Below the pieces are notes generated by a model, which did no database searches, was not told the origin of the DNA, and saw only the letters and a program-made list of their open reading frames with translations. Position numbers and translations under genes: made by a program. A stretch of DNA of 64,000 nt from Haliotis cracherodii (taxonomy: Eukaryota): assembly GCF_022045235.1 (NCBI RefSeq), contig NW_027266271.1, positions 23,002,001-23,066,000 on the forward strand. The letters are read 5' to 3'. Below, piece after piece: positions 12,683 to 51,396 of this stretch (positions within the stretch are counted from its first letter, which is position 1; the number at the start of each line of letters is the position of its first letter).

Positions 12683-13690
12683 TCAGGCAGACATAGTTTG
12701 CACATTGGTTGATGTAGTTTGCACGTTACCAGATCTCCCTCCATGCATTGGTGACACTTCCTCGACCTTGCAACACGGCAGCATTCTAGTCAAGCTCCTC
12801 CTGAATTGCTTTGAGAAGAAGGCATAGACATAGGGGTTGATACAGCTGTTTGCATAGGCCATACAACGACACACAAGATCCAGTTCTGGCATCCTCTGGA
12901 GCACAGAAACACCTCCAAGAATTAAGATGTTCTTCAGGTGTACGGGTAGCAGTAGACCCCCAAACAGCAGCAGAACCACAACAACCATCGACGACAACTG
13001 GTGCGTGTAGGAACGCGACACCTCACGAGACATTCTTGTGACTCTGTATACTTTTGTCACATGAAGCACGGTTATCATAAGCAGAGGTATGAAATAAGAA
13101 AACACAGCATACAGAGAGGAGTATATGAGAGATGCACGCAGTGGTTCTGTTGTTTCCACGGCGCAATACACATATACACGCCCATTAAAATCCTGCTCCA
13201 CAATACCGCTTGTAAACAGCACTGGGGAGATGCAAATGAATACACTGACCCATAGGACACCACACATGATGCAGGATCTGCGTACAGTCAGGTGCTGGAG
13301 AGCCTGGAACGGATACACCAGGGAATAGAACCGGATTGCAGACAGAAGAACGAGATGGTAGGCTGCGGAATAGCTGGTCAGCTGGTAGAAAAGGAAGGAC
13401 ATTTTACACACTGTAGTACCAGAGATCCAGTTCTTGCTGAGGATGTGAAGAATCTCCATCGGGATCCTCCAACAGAGGAACAGAAAGTCGGCCACAGCGA
13501 GACTTGCAACGGCTGCAAACGTGGGATTGTGCAACACCTTGTTCAGTGCAACACAGATCACAACAAGGCCGTTACCAACTGTTCCAATAAGCAACAGAAT
13601 GAAGTATGCTGAAAATGTTGCCTTCTGAAGGTGGGTGGTGTACCATGGAGATGAGACAGTTGTGTTCATGGTCAAAGTAGTAACCTCCAT
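12683..13690 (-). CDS. Intronless class A (rhodopsin-like) GPCR, allatostatin-A/galanin-receptor-like orphan, 335 aa
   Basis: Seven hydrophobic segments; TM1 GN, TM2 LAVAD, ECL1 W..G...CK, TM7 NSCINPYVY, helix 8 SKQFRR, palmitoylation-like CC, N-terminal NTT sequon. DRY is replaced by IRF and CWxP by LLLP. Confidence 0.92.
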   Translation of the reverse strand: MEVTTLTMNTTVSSPWYTTHLQKATFSAYFILLLIGTVGNGLVVICVALNKVLHNPTFAAVASLAVADFLFLCWRIPMEILHILSKNWISGTTVCKMSFLFYQLTSYSAAYHLVLLSAIRFYSLVYPFQALQHLTVRRSCIMCGVLWVSVFICISPVLFTSGIVEQDFNGRVYVYCAVETTEPLRASLIYSSLYAVFSYFIPLLMITVLHVTKVYRVTRMSREVSRSYTHQLSSMVVVVLLLFGGLLLPVHLKNILILGGVSVLQRMPELDLVCRCMAYANSCINPYVYAFFSKQFRRSLTRMLPCCKVEEVSPMHGGRSGNVQTTSTNVQTMSA

Positions 13691-16080
13691 TATACAAGTT
13701 CTATTTGTCCAAATTTCAAATATGACAAAATAAGTATCTGGGCTCTTCTTTTGAGCGTAATCAGAAAATTATTATATTCAGAGATTTCGAATATACACTA
13801 TAATGCTGTGAATCGGGGTATCAGATTCGTGGTTGACCCTTGCTGAGAAAATGTTGCTCTGCAGCCACACTCACTCTGAGCACATCACAGTGTAGATTGG
13901 TTGCAACCAAGGCAGTTCACAAAGCCATGATCAGATGAATAAAATATGAAATGCCACTATTACAGTCACGTAACCCCAGCTGGTAATGGGTATTAATGGA
14001 AGTTTTCACATGGGATGCATAGAAAGTGATGCTTTATCTTCGTGGGACACTAATGGTTCTGTTGTTACAGATATTAACTACCATTCCAATTACGCAATAC
14101 TGATTGGTCAATTAAAGGTATCAAATCACAATAACATCCTCAGATTAAAACAAGATGGTTTGACCTCCGCATCACCACAGAGTCTAATGTTTATTGGTGA
14201 GTACTTTCTGTCATTGTTGGAATGCATTTGAAAATAGTTTGATGTACAATTATAGGTCATCAAATGCTGATTTGCCATTACATTATTAAAAGCAATGCAT
14301 TTTATGCAAAAAAACATGATATACATCGACAAAGAGTGTATTACAAGATTGAGTGATCAGAGACACCTTGAAATATAGTGCGTTTCTGCAGTGGAGTGTG
14401 ACATCATATACTTTGCTTCTCAATAAGTGGCGCGACATAATAGTGACAGGCGGTGTAGAAATAAACCTTACATGGCTTGCTCTATTACCTTTAGTAATGC
14501 CTACTTTACATTGGCTTAAAAAGTTGCTCTGCCACACTTTCAATGACTAATATATCCGAGAAGGGTATAATGAGCATATACAGCGCCATACTTTGTTTTT
14601 ACGGCTAGTATTGGTGTTTCCCTAATTCAGATAGAAAACTCACTCAAAATCCTCACAAACCCCACACATTTCGCGTTTGACCTTGTCATGGTAGAATGGG
14701 GATAAACATACTGTTTTTAATGTAGAGCTAGGTTACCTGTAGATTTAACCGTGCCAAATTAAATAATTGAAAGCTCCGCTCACGCTGTGTGTTCGGTGCC
14801 AACTTCAAATCAATTTATAGGTTTATATCTACAGATATCAAAGACCATTGACAACATTTCCATTGTATAATGTTTTGGTCCTCCGAAGAGTACAGGTTTC
14901 CTGGGCCCTCTGTTTTTTAGGGCATCTGTCTGAGAATTGTTATATATTTTCAAATTCAAAAGAACTAAAATCTTCATCAGGAACAAGATTATTGATGTTT
15001 TAAGACAGTGTGCAGCTTCATCTGTTAAAGCATTTCGAAGAAGTTGTAAGTTAATGAGAAGACAGTGGACAGCTCCTCCAACACTAGCCTCCCTTGGACC
15101 TCTTCCTTCTGAGTTGAAATAATAAAGAAAAGACATGATCAGCTTCAGTTGTTTTTTATTCACATATGTAACAAGTATGTCATGCACATATATTAACAGT
15201 TTTATTTGTCATTTTCAAACATGATCAGCATGTCATATCTGAACCATATTTGTTTTACTAATACACCACTCCAAAAGCAAGGCTAACCTGTAACTAATAA
15301 ATATAAATAATTAAATGTAAGGCTAGTATAAAATTACACTGCATAACAGAAGTAAGAAATATATTCTTTTCTACAATAAACTTGTGATGGGAGTTATACC
15401 CCAACTGAAAGAACTTCTAAAAAGGAATTATGTTACCAAGGCAGGTGTGATTAGGTTTGAGAAACTAAGAATGCAACTTGGAAATTAAAAAAGCCTTACA
15501 TTTAGCACTGGTAATTCAGAATTAGTTTGAAAGACAGGATGGATTGAAACAATGGTAAACCTACATTCCATGTCTACTGAAGAATGTATTCAAATTTACA
15601 GGTCTTCACAAACACTGTAGTAGTAAGACACTGTTTGATTCCAGCACTTATTGTTCAGCAAGCACTAAAATATATCTCCATCTCTCAACATTGTAAATGC
15701 ATGACTCCTAACCTTCCTTGACATAATTATGTGTAAGAAAAATATTAGCATCCTCATAAACATGCTTTCAAAATAATTGATATTTCATGTATAATTTTGG
15801 TGTTTACTTAAAACTTACTCCAAGGTATTGGGTAATTTGTTAAATTCTTTAATCATTTCTAGGCACAGAACATAATCTGCTTCTTTGCATCACAGGTGAC
15901 AAGAGTGTCAGTGATTGCTTTATCCTTACAAACAGATGACTTGTTCAATGGTCACAGAAGTGGGACATTGTTTCAAAGGCAGGTCACTGACAGCAGGTGA
16001 GGTTAGCCTCAAACACAATATGAAGCACCCAATGTTGGTTCACAGAGAAATTGCACAAGTTTGAGTTAAGCGAGTGAGAT

Positions 16081-42677
<26,597 letters not shown>

Positions 42678-43251
42678 GATGGCAGTGTTTCTGCAAAATC
42701 AACCTCTTAATAGGATATCCTGCTCAACTTTCGTCCTCCATCAAATTATTTTCTGCGGAACTACTGTTGACGTAATTCACGCGATGTTCCAAATAAAGAT
42801 ATAAATAGAATCATACATTCCACACGACTTATTATACTTAAGTAGTTTTAACATTGGACGTCTATTGATATAATGTCTATTGCGAGATAATTTGTTGATT
42901 GCTACAATGCCGTTGGTCAGTTATAAGCTCTATCTCAACAATCACTGCGTGCGATCTACTTTTTTTTATCGACTCCCATTCCCAGATGACATACTCACAC
43001 CTATGTGTGTTCCGTAATTACATTTCTTGACAGTTCAATATCACCTGAAACAAAATGTATTACCCACAAGAAAAAGGATCTCTTCAAGTGCATGATTTTG
43101 GTCTTTATGTGTTTCGCGTCTCCTTATTGCATACAAAATGTAACACTCGATAATGTTATTAAGCATCCACATAGTTCATGAGACCCGTGAAATTCCGAGG
43201 TAGATCAGCAACCCATGCTGGCCGTAAAAGGCGACTTTGCTTGTCGTAAGT

Positions 43252-43525
43252 TTGTTGGTTGGTGTTGGTCTGTTGTTTTACGCCGTACTCAGCAATATTA
43301 CAGCTATATGACGGCGGTCTGTAAATAATCGAGTCTGGACCATACTACCCAGTGATTATTATCATGAGCATCGAACCACGCAATTGGGATCGATGACATG
43401 CATCAACCAAGTCAGCGAGCCTGACCACCCGATCCCGTTAGTCGCCTCTTACGACAAGCATAGTCACCTTTTACGGCAAGCATGGGTTGCTGAAGGCCTA
43501 TTTTATCCCGGAATCTTCACGGGTA
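43252..43525 (-). mobile_element. Family D element inserted antisense into another family D element
   Basis: TSD TGCTTGTCGTAAGT at 43238-43251 and 43526-43539; host on + from ~43181 to ~43632. Confidence 0.85.
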
Positions 43526-44099
43526 TGCTTGTCGTAAGTGAGATCGGATGGTCAGTCCTGCTGACTTGTTTGATGCATGTCATCGAAACCCATTTGCGTG
43601 GATCGATGCTCATGATATCAATTACTGGAATTCGGTAACCGCAGCTATCAAAGTCTATGTTATTGTTGTATCTAAACAAACATGAAACAAGGAGTAATTG
43701 TTTCTTCGTGTAATTTGTGTTTAATTACATCAATAAAATGAGTCTTGTAATCACACTTCTGTTACAGAAAAAAGGGGTATAGTAATATTTAGTATACACA
43801 CTGGAACTGGCTTGTATATTCAACGACAAAGAAACTGCCCAATGAATTTGAGTGCCAGGCTTCAGGTTGGAACTATATCCTGCTGTCTAATATTGCCTGC
43901 TGGGGCTTAAACAAACATTTATACCCAGAAATAAAATTTACATTATTTAAAAGTTTATATCCACAAAATATAAAACAAAATCCAAATGGACCCCAGAAGA
44001 ATGATTAATTTCAGGAGCTAGACTTGCCAAATCATTCCTGACTTGATTTGGAATCATTTCTTAATTTATTCGATCTCTAGAGTCTGGGAGACAGACCTG

Positions 44100-44206
44100 G
44101 ACCCATTTGCACAAAGCGATCTTAGCGCTAAGATGATCGTAACTCCCATACTTTAACATTGGCTTACAATAGTCGTAGCGCTAAGATCGCTTTGTGCAAG
44201 TGGGCC
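44100..44206. mobile_element. ~107-bp palindromic MITE, PIF/Harbinger-like (CWG flanks)
   Basis: TIR G(G/A)CCCA(C/T)TTGCACAAAGCGATCTTAGCGCTA; copies at 22260-22365 and 54864-54970. Confidence 0.8.
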
Positions 44207-45345
44207 CAGATGGGCCCGGGTGGATGACCATTAGTTGGTGATACACTCCTCTTGTCTTCTCGACTGACTTATTAGACAGACGAAACATGCCTTATATTGA
44301 ATGGAACAATCTGATAAGTCGAAAGGTCGTCTCTTAGTAGTCACGTGGAACCGGTGACGTCACTCTTTTGCGACGTCACATTATTCATTCTTGCTGCCTT
44401 TGTTAGTCGTATGTCTTCCTGCATAATTATCTGATTAACTATACGTTGTACCTGTCACGGCGAAAGTTGGCGAGACATGGTAATAACATTTTGTAAATTG
44501 TATTATATATTGTATTCAACATGACGTATATTTGATGTAGTGAGTACATGTATATGCCAAATGTTTTGGAATAACTTTTGAAAAATAGTTTTGCTCTCAA
44601 GGTACATTAGATGTGTTTCTTTTGTGGTGGTATGAAAATGTGACACACGCCATGCATCCAGTGGCTGTGACCTTTATGGCATCTGAACAGGTAAGATATT
44701 TGTAGAAAAGGCACTGATGCTACACAGCTCTAATGCTTTTCTAAGACACTATTCAGATTGTTCTCCATTGATCACTATCCCGGTCACCACAACATCTACA
44801 GTGTCAAATATCATTTCCGGGTCATTGCTACAAGTAAGAACAGAAGCAAATAATGTTTGCAATTATAAAAAAAAAAATCGTTGTGTACGGACTGGCGTTT
44901 TTGTCAGCCAGCTGATTGGGTGCGAGTGGGTACGGGTTATCCAACATTTGTGTACGAGTTCGCCAAGATCTCCATGGTACGGAGTGTCCAGTTCCGCTAT
45001 AAGTAGTTGTAGCACAAGCAGTAGATCCAAGGTCACCAATATATCCGTAGAGCATCGCGCGAAGTTAACCTCTAGCAGACAGCATGTATCGAGACAATAG
45101 GGAGAAGGTGGAAGTCATCAACACGTACATGACTGTCTGTCTTTAAACAGTTATACATTTTAGTTTTCAAAACGGTTTCATGTGTATATTTCTCACGTGT
45201 ATCGTACAGAGAAAGTGCCTCGCACTTCGAGAGAACGTCGCGTAATACAGCGCGCACCTGCCAACTTCCATGAGAATGTTGTGTAACTTTTAGACTGGTC
45301 AGAATTGTTCTCATTTTGGATGAACAACTCGAAGTGTTAACGATA

Positions 45346-47117
45346 ATGGCGTCTAACATCAATCATTTATCTAGGGTACGAGCTTTGTATAAAGGCATCT
45401 TAAAGCTCCACAGAGGCCTCCCTCTAGAAATGAAAGCGATTGGGGACCAGTATGTGAAATCGGAATTCAGACTACACAAGAATAGCCCGGATCAAGAGGC
45501 AAAGGTCTTCATGTCAGAGTGGACAGTAAGAATTGATTTTCCTTTGTATTTGTTTATTTTTAGACTGTTTCATTTGATCAGTTACACACAGTCAACAACC
45601 AAAAGTCTAAATTGATAAGACATACATTACAGCACAGACTCATGCTTTTGACATACATATAAAATTATCCCTCCAAAAGATGCCTTTTACTCCAAGTCCT
45701 AATGATTAAAGTTAGAATCAAAAATAAAAATCGTAAAATGATCATTCATGGGAATTTTCAATATTGCTAGATCTCTATATTAATGATAAAAAAAATATGG
45801 TCAATCTACTATTGTACTAATAGGACTACTGCAATAGTTTTGTCTAGTGTGGCAGAATAATTAATTACCCAGATTTCCTTATCTTTCTCAGTACATTGAA
45901 AAAGCCAGACATATGCTGCTTTTCTACCATTTCATAAGTTCAATAGGTTTTTAAGAGTTAACTAACTTCAAACTTTTAATACTTGTTATAAGAACAAATG
46001 TTTAAGTACTTTTAGGTAATTTAAGAAAAACAACATCACTATCAGTAGTTCAATGCCAATGCCATCAAGTGTTATTTTTAACTTATCATCAATGTGTCAT
46101 AGAGAGGGTGACTGATTTGGGTTTTACACCGCATGTTGCAGTATTCCAGCAATATCCAGGCGGGGAACGCCAGAAATGGGTTTCACATATTGTACCCATG
46201 TGGGGAATCGAACCTAGGCCTTTGGCATGACGAGTGAACACTCAACCACTAGGCTAACCCACCGCTCAAGTGTGATAGAGACTCAGATCTGGCATTACAG
46301 TGTTATTCATGTGTAATTAGACTCTAGTCAGAGCTTTAGATTGATTGACATCTTTTCATGATTTTTGATCAATCAAACTATAATCTAGGAAAAGCTTGTT
46401 GGGTTGTCACGATATACCTGATATTATGCATCGATACATATCGCAATACTTGAGTTAGTGACTTCAAATTTAACATTACATTGGCATTATTCCGCCATAT
46501 GGCGACAGCAATACTTGTGTCACAATACGACACAAGATTATCTTTAATTTCTCCATGTTGCTGTCAACCAGTTTGTGTTTCTGATGGCATTATGCAATCA
46601 AAGTTGGCATTTTCCTTTGTGAGAGGAGTGAGTGAGTTTGGTTTAATGCTGCTTTTAACAGTATTCCAGTTATATGTGGGAGGAAAGTCAGAAGTGATGC
46701 AGGTCTCAGATGTTTACCACTTCGGTGAAACCCACGAGCACGAGAATGGTGCTGACAAACCTAGAAACACAGTCGGGGCAAACCAGGATTCAAACCCACA
46801 ATCATAGGTTTCTGGCATGCCTAAGGCATCTCTGCACAGTGAATCGCGGCACCTTAGACAACTGGGCCACCCATGCCCCCTTTTGTGATAGGAAGTAAGG
46901 TTATTTGAATATTTTTATTCTCTATAACAATTTTCCATTTTATATGTTTTAGAAATACTACATGACATTGGCAAAGCAGCTTAGTCAACGGAAACAGAAA
47001 CAGACGATTGGTGATGAACTATCCCCGGAACTGCTAGAAAACTTTCGAGAGGAACAAGTTGGACAGTTGGTGGAATTACTGAAAGAATCTTGTAAACCAA
47101 AGGAAGAAGAAAGCTAG
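45346..47117 (+). CDS. SDHAF3: Succinate dehydrogenase assembly factor 3 (ACN9, LYR-motif family), 114 aa; join(45346..45525,46953..47117)
   Basis: RALYKGILKLHRGLPLEMKAIGDQYVKSEFRLHK (LYR/ACN9 signature); phase-0 GT-AG intron; exon 2 KYYMTLAKQL...EEQVGQLVEL; AATAAA shortly after the stop (~47190). Confidence 0.95.
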
Positions 47118-48554
47118 CAGTGACCTGAATTTGTGTGTGCCTGTGAATGGTTGAATATTAGTGTGGATATGAAAACTCAACTGAACTGTAATAAATTTGT
47201 ATAACACCTTTTGCTATCTGAAGTTTGCTTATTTCAGTTGCTATTGGTACCAAGGTTCAAGTTGGGTGAATGCCAGAAATGAAAAGCAGCCCAGCCTCTC
47301 TAGAATGAGTGCATGAAGTTTTTACCCTGTAGAAAGATATAAACCACCAAAAGAAACACGAAACATAGAAACATATAGAGAAGTACCCCCCGGTATGTAC
47401 GTTAAGAAGAGCTGTTTCCAATATGTAACAAAACTAACAATCGGTCAAGCGTTCCGCAGAGTGCTTTTATTCTTATCACCATATGCTGCACGTGATTTCC
47501 AAACTTTAAATGCTAATCCTGCACAAGTCTAATGGTGCATATCAAGTCATGGATCTATGATGTCACATATGTGATGCGGTCATGAGTGTCGGTTCACACA
47601 CCACAACAGTATGTTCGTTTGTGCATCGAACCAATCTAACATCTCTTGAATATGAGTAAGTCTTTATATATTAACCATCATGTATGGTATTCAGGTTTCT
47701 TTTGGGAGCGAGTATGTATTCCAGTTGCATCATGACAGCCCAAAGGCAGGTCAGGGGTGTGCACCTCTCTTTTTTAAGGCTTCTAATGCTGACTTTTAAG
47801 AACCATGTAACTAAATATTTTGGTGATATGATTTCAACATAAATAATAATTACTTGACTACATTTTGGCAACCAAAAACAAAATGATGACACAACCTTGG
47901 CATGGTGGTACAATCTGAATAAATTTTCAGCTACAGATGCAAACCCAGATATTTTTGAATTACAATCACCCCACCCCCAATGCACTCGCACACGCATGCA
48001 CACACACATGCTGAATATCAAATGGTCTGTTCCTAAGAGCTTGTACAACCCAAATATGCATCACGGTTGTTGACATGTGACGGAGGATGAAGGTTGGTGT
48101 GTTAAACTTTAAAAATTAAATACATCTTGCAGCTTGTAAAGGTCTTGAAACCATGACATCAGGCATTTTAAGTTATATTCATATTTGACAGCTTAAAAGT
48201 AACACAGGTTTTGTGAAACCAATGGGTGTGGTATTGTGCTTACAGACTTGGGAATCATAACAGGTTTACCCACATAAAATAACAACCTTCGTTCACTCTC
48301 CTATTTGCTGTGATGTATCTTCAAATATTTTTAAATATAAATCAAAATCCTTGGATTACTTAGACATTTCTGTTTCTTTTGTAAATTGGTTTTAGTTGAG
48401 TTGGTTGGTTTGTTGTTTAATGCCACACTCAGCAATATAACAGCTATATGATGGAGGTCTGTAACTAATTGAGTCTGGACCAGACAATCCAGTGATTGAT
48501 ATCATGAGCATCGATCCACGCAATTTGGATCGATAACATGCATCAACCAAGTCA

Positions 48555-48911
48555 GACCGCCTCCGTGGTCTAGTGGTAGAGCGTCCGCCCGGAGAGCGGA
48601 AGGTCCGGGGTTCGATCCCCGGCCGCGTCATACCAAAAGACGTTAAAAGATGGTACTTGTTGTTACCCAGTCTGGCGCTCGGCATCAAGGGGCTAAGAGA
48701 AGGACTGGTCGGCTCGGAGTCAGTATATTCATGTTAATCATGGGGTATTCATGTTAAACTGCGGCATGGTATCTCAGTGTGCTAGCACTATACATCGGCA
48801 TCAGTCCGGACAAGTACAAGCAGCCGCACAAACACACACACGTACATGCACGTCGCTATATAAGTGCAATAATCTTGGACGCGACGTTAAACCCCATTTC
48901 ACCTCACCTCT
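48555..48911 (+). mobile_element. SINE family A nested in a family D element
   Basis: TSD ACCAAGTCA at 48546-48554 and 48912-48920; host D element ~48395-49031 on the minus strand. Confidence 0.9.
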
Positions 48912-49644
48912 ACCAAGTCAGCGAGCCTGACCACCCGATCCCGTTAGTCGCCTTTTACGACAAGCATAATCACCTGTTACGGCAAGCATGGGTTGCTGAA
49001 GACCTATTCTATCCCGGAATCTTCACAGGTCTTGTGAATTGGTTTTAACATCCACAAACTGTAAATACAAAGTACAGATCTAACGAGTTCATCTAAAATA
49101 CAAAGTTTTGTAAGTAGGATATGGAGTTATGTCCCTTTGTATATACACTGCCCAATAAGGCTTGACTGGTAAATTAGGTTTATGTTTAGGTTAGCTGAGA
49201 AATATCAAGACCTCCCCATACTTAGACAATAATATGGATGCCATTGACACTTAGATTAAAACATCTTGTTATTTTCATAACTTCACATATTATGATGCTA
49301 TCTTTAGCAGGGCCCTCCATTTCCTTCAAGTTAAAGTAATCAGAGGTGGATATAATTTATACATATTGCCATCATGGGATGTCTACACATCGTGCAAGAT
49401 ACATGTCCTCCTGCAGTAATGCCAGGGACAGATTTGGTCATATCATAACAGATACACTGTTTGGGATTTTAAAAACTCAGAAACACTGCTTTGGACTTTG
49501 TTATAACTGACATCACAAGTTAATTTTAAATACAACATGTTGTAAGAATCTCGAAAATCACTATCAAGCATTTTCATTAAGCTGAATGTTACCCAAATTA
49601 TACATGTTCATAACTCCGATTCATTAATCCTCACCAGAATCAAT

Positions 49645-49755
49645 AAGACTACTGATTATCGGTATAAGGATCTATACTGAAAGGTCGCCTTTGCAGTAAA
49701 TAAAGAAGTTGTTATCCATAAATTGTGTCATCCAGCTTCTAAGTAATGCCTATCC
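49645..49755 (+). mobile_element. Penelope-like pLTR remnant with degenerate hammerhead core
   Basis: CTGATTATC-GGTATA-AGGATC-TATACT-GAAA-GGTC followed by AATAAAGAAGTTG; homologues at ~27737-27850 (-) and an inverted pair at ~32206-32348. Confidence 0.5.
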
Positions 49756-51121
49756 AACAATTCAGGACAAGTGATTATCTCCGCCATGTAGGGGTATATG
49801 GCTTGGCGTTGTCCGCCTCGCGCGAGCTCATGTCAAGATGAAAGGGAAACCTGTTAAGAAGAGTTCAATTATTAGAATGATCAAATCATAATTAACACAA
49901 GTGTTATGACTTTACTACTGTGAAACCAGTACTTTCACATTATACCTTGTTATCAGAGGGGTAAAAAGGGGTCCAATCGTACTCTAAGTGTTGTTAAGTA
50001 TACATTAAGTCCTTAAGAAATTGGATTGATCTGATAATAACATGGAAATTATAGCCCTTTTTCTGAAATCTGAAGTTAAACGTCGTCATTAGCAAATACT
50101 TAACTGGTGACACAGTAATATTGTAATGAAACGCTGTATGGTGTCCGAATACTGTTACATGCACATCAAAATCGGATCGTAATTAACAAATGTAATTTTG
50201 CACAAAATGCCTGTCGTTATCGCAGAGAAAAAGCATAACTATTAAGACTAAATCATTCAATTGGGCCCCAATGCTGTTCCATTCACGTGCAGTTGACCTG
50301 TTTTTAAAGATACCGAATCCATGTTAGACCTATATTTTGCTCATGGCTGCATTATCGCGTAAGAATATATTTACTTCTGAAACCCGACCAATAGGCAATT
50401 TCAAATACATGTATTGATTTTATGGTAAACGTTGCGACCTATTGTAGCTAGAAAACCCGACGAATTATATGTATTAGTCGAGCCGTGAAGATCAGGGGTA
50501 GAATAGGTCTTCAGCAACCCATGCTTGCCGTAAAAGGCGACTATGCTTGTGGTAAGAGGCAACCAACGGCATCGGGTGGTCAGGCTCGCTAACTTGGTTG
50601 ATTGCGTGAATCGACGCTCATGATGTCAATCACTGGATTGTCTGGTCCAGACTCCATTATTTACAGACCGCGGTAATATAGCTGGAATGTTGCTGAGTGC
50701 GTCGTTAAAGAACAAACAAACAAACATGCATTAGTCATGTCGACCGCGTCTCACAGCTAACAATGTTTGGACTTTATACAAGGACTATATCACACATGTA
50801 CCTGTCTTTTCTTTGTTGGGGGTGATCGTCTGAAGAATACCTACAGGATATCTGCGCTAGATGAACGAATTGTCAGATGTTGAAGTGATATATGTATCAT
50901 TGTGACAATAGTGATTTGCGTATATAACAAACCTACGCGGATAAAACTGATCGTTGTTGATCCCTGAATTTGCCCCAAATCATTTGACTCAAACGATGCC
51001 GCGTCGCTCATCACGTCGCTATTTCGAAAGATTACGCATTTATTTTGTCATGCTGTCATTGGATGGAGAAACCAACTCTTTTCAGATTCAATTTAATACC
51101 TGTATATTTCTCAAATTCGAG

Positions 51122-51396
51122 TGAGTGAGTTGGGTTTAACGCCGCTTTTAACAGTATTCCAGTTATATCACGGCGTGTCAGCTTAATGTGGGAGGAAAGC
51201 CCGAAGTGATGCAGGTCACAGACGTTTACCACTTTGGTGAAACCCACGAGCACGGGTATGGTGCTGACAAACCTAGAAACATAATCGGGGCGAACCGGGA
51301 TTCGAACCCACAATCATAGGTTTCTTGCGTGCCCAAGGGACGCAACTCTGTACAGCGAATCGCGGCGCCTTAGACGACTGGGCCACCCGTGCCCCC
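51122..51396 (-). mobile_element. tRNA-derived SINE family C (extended tRNA-Leu-like head)
   Basis: GGTGGCCCAGTCGTCTAAGGCG A-box, GGTTCGAATCCC B-box, (CACT)n tail, TSD CTCAAATTCGAG; other copies ~33245-33518 (-), ~46627-46881 (-), ~9500-9706 (+), ~3655-3830 (+). Confidence 0.88.

Larger units (their letters stand above)
42680..45345. promoter_or_regulatory. Divergent intergenic/promoter region between dynein IC and SDHAF3
   Basis: Start codons point away from each other, 2.67 kb apart; CpG-containing patches, CRE palindrome TGACGTCA ~44355, GATTGG ~44914. Confidence 0.55.

Noticed and set aside
44717-45362. Overlapping 75-127-aa ORFs between dynein IC and SDHAF3 (checked for SEM1/DSS1)
   Set aside because: No recognisable motif or supported splice structure; consistent with promoter DNA
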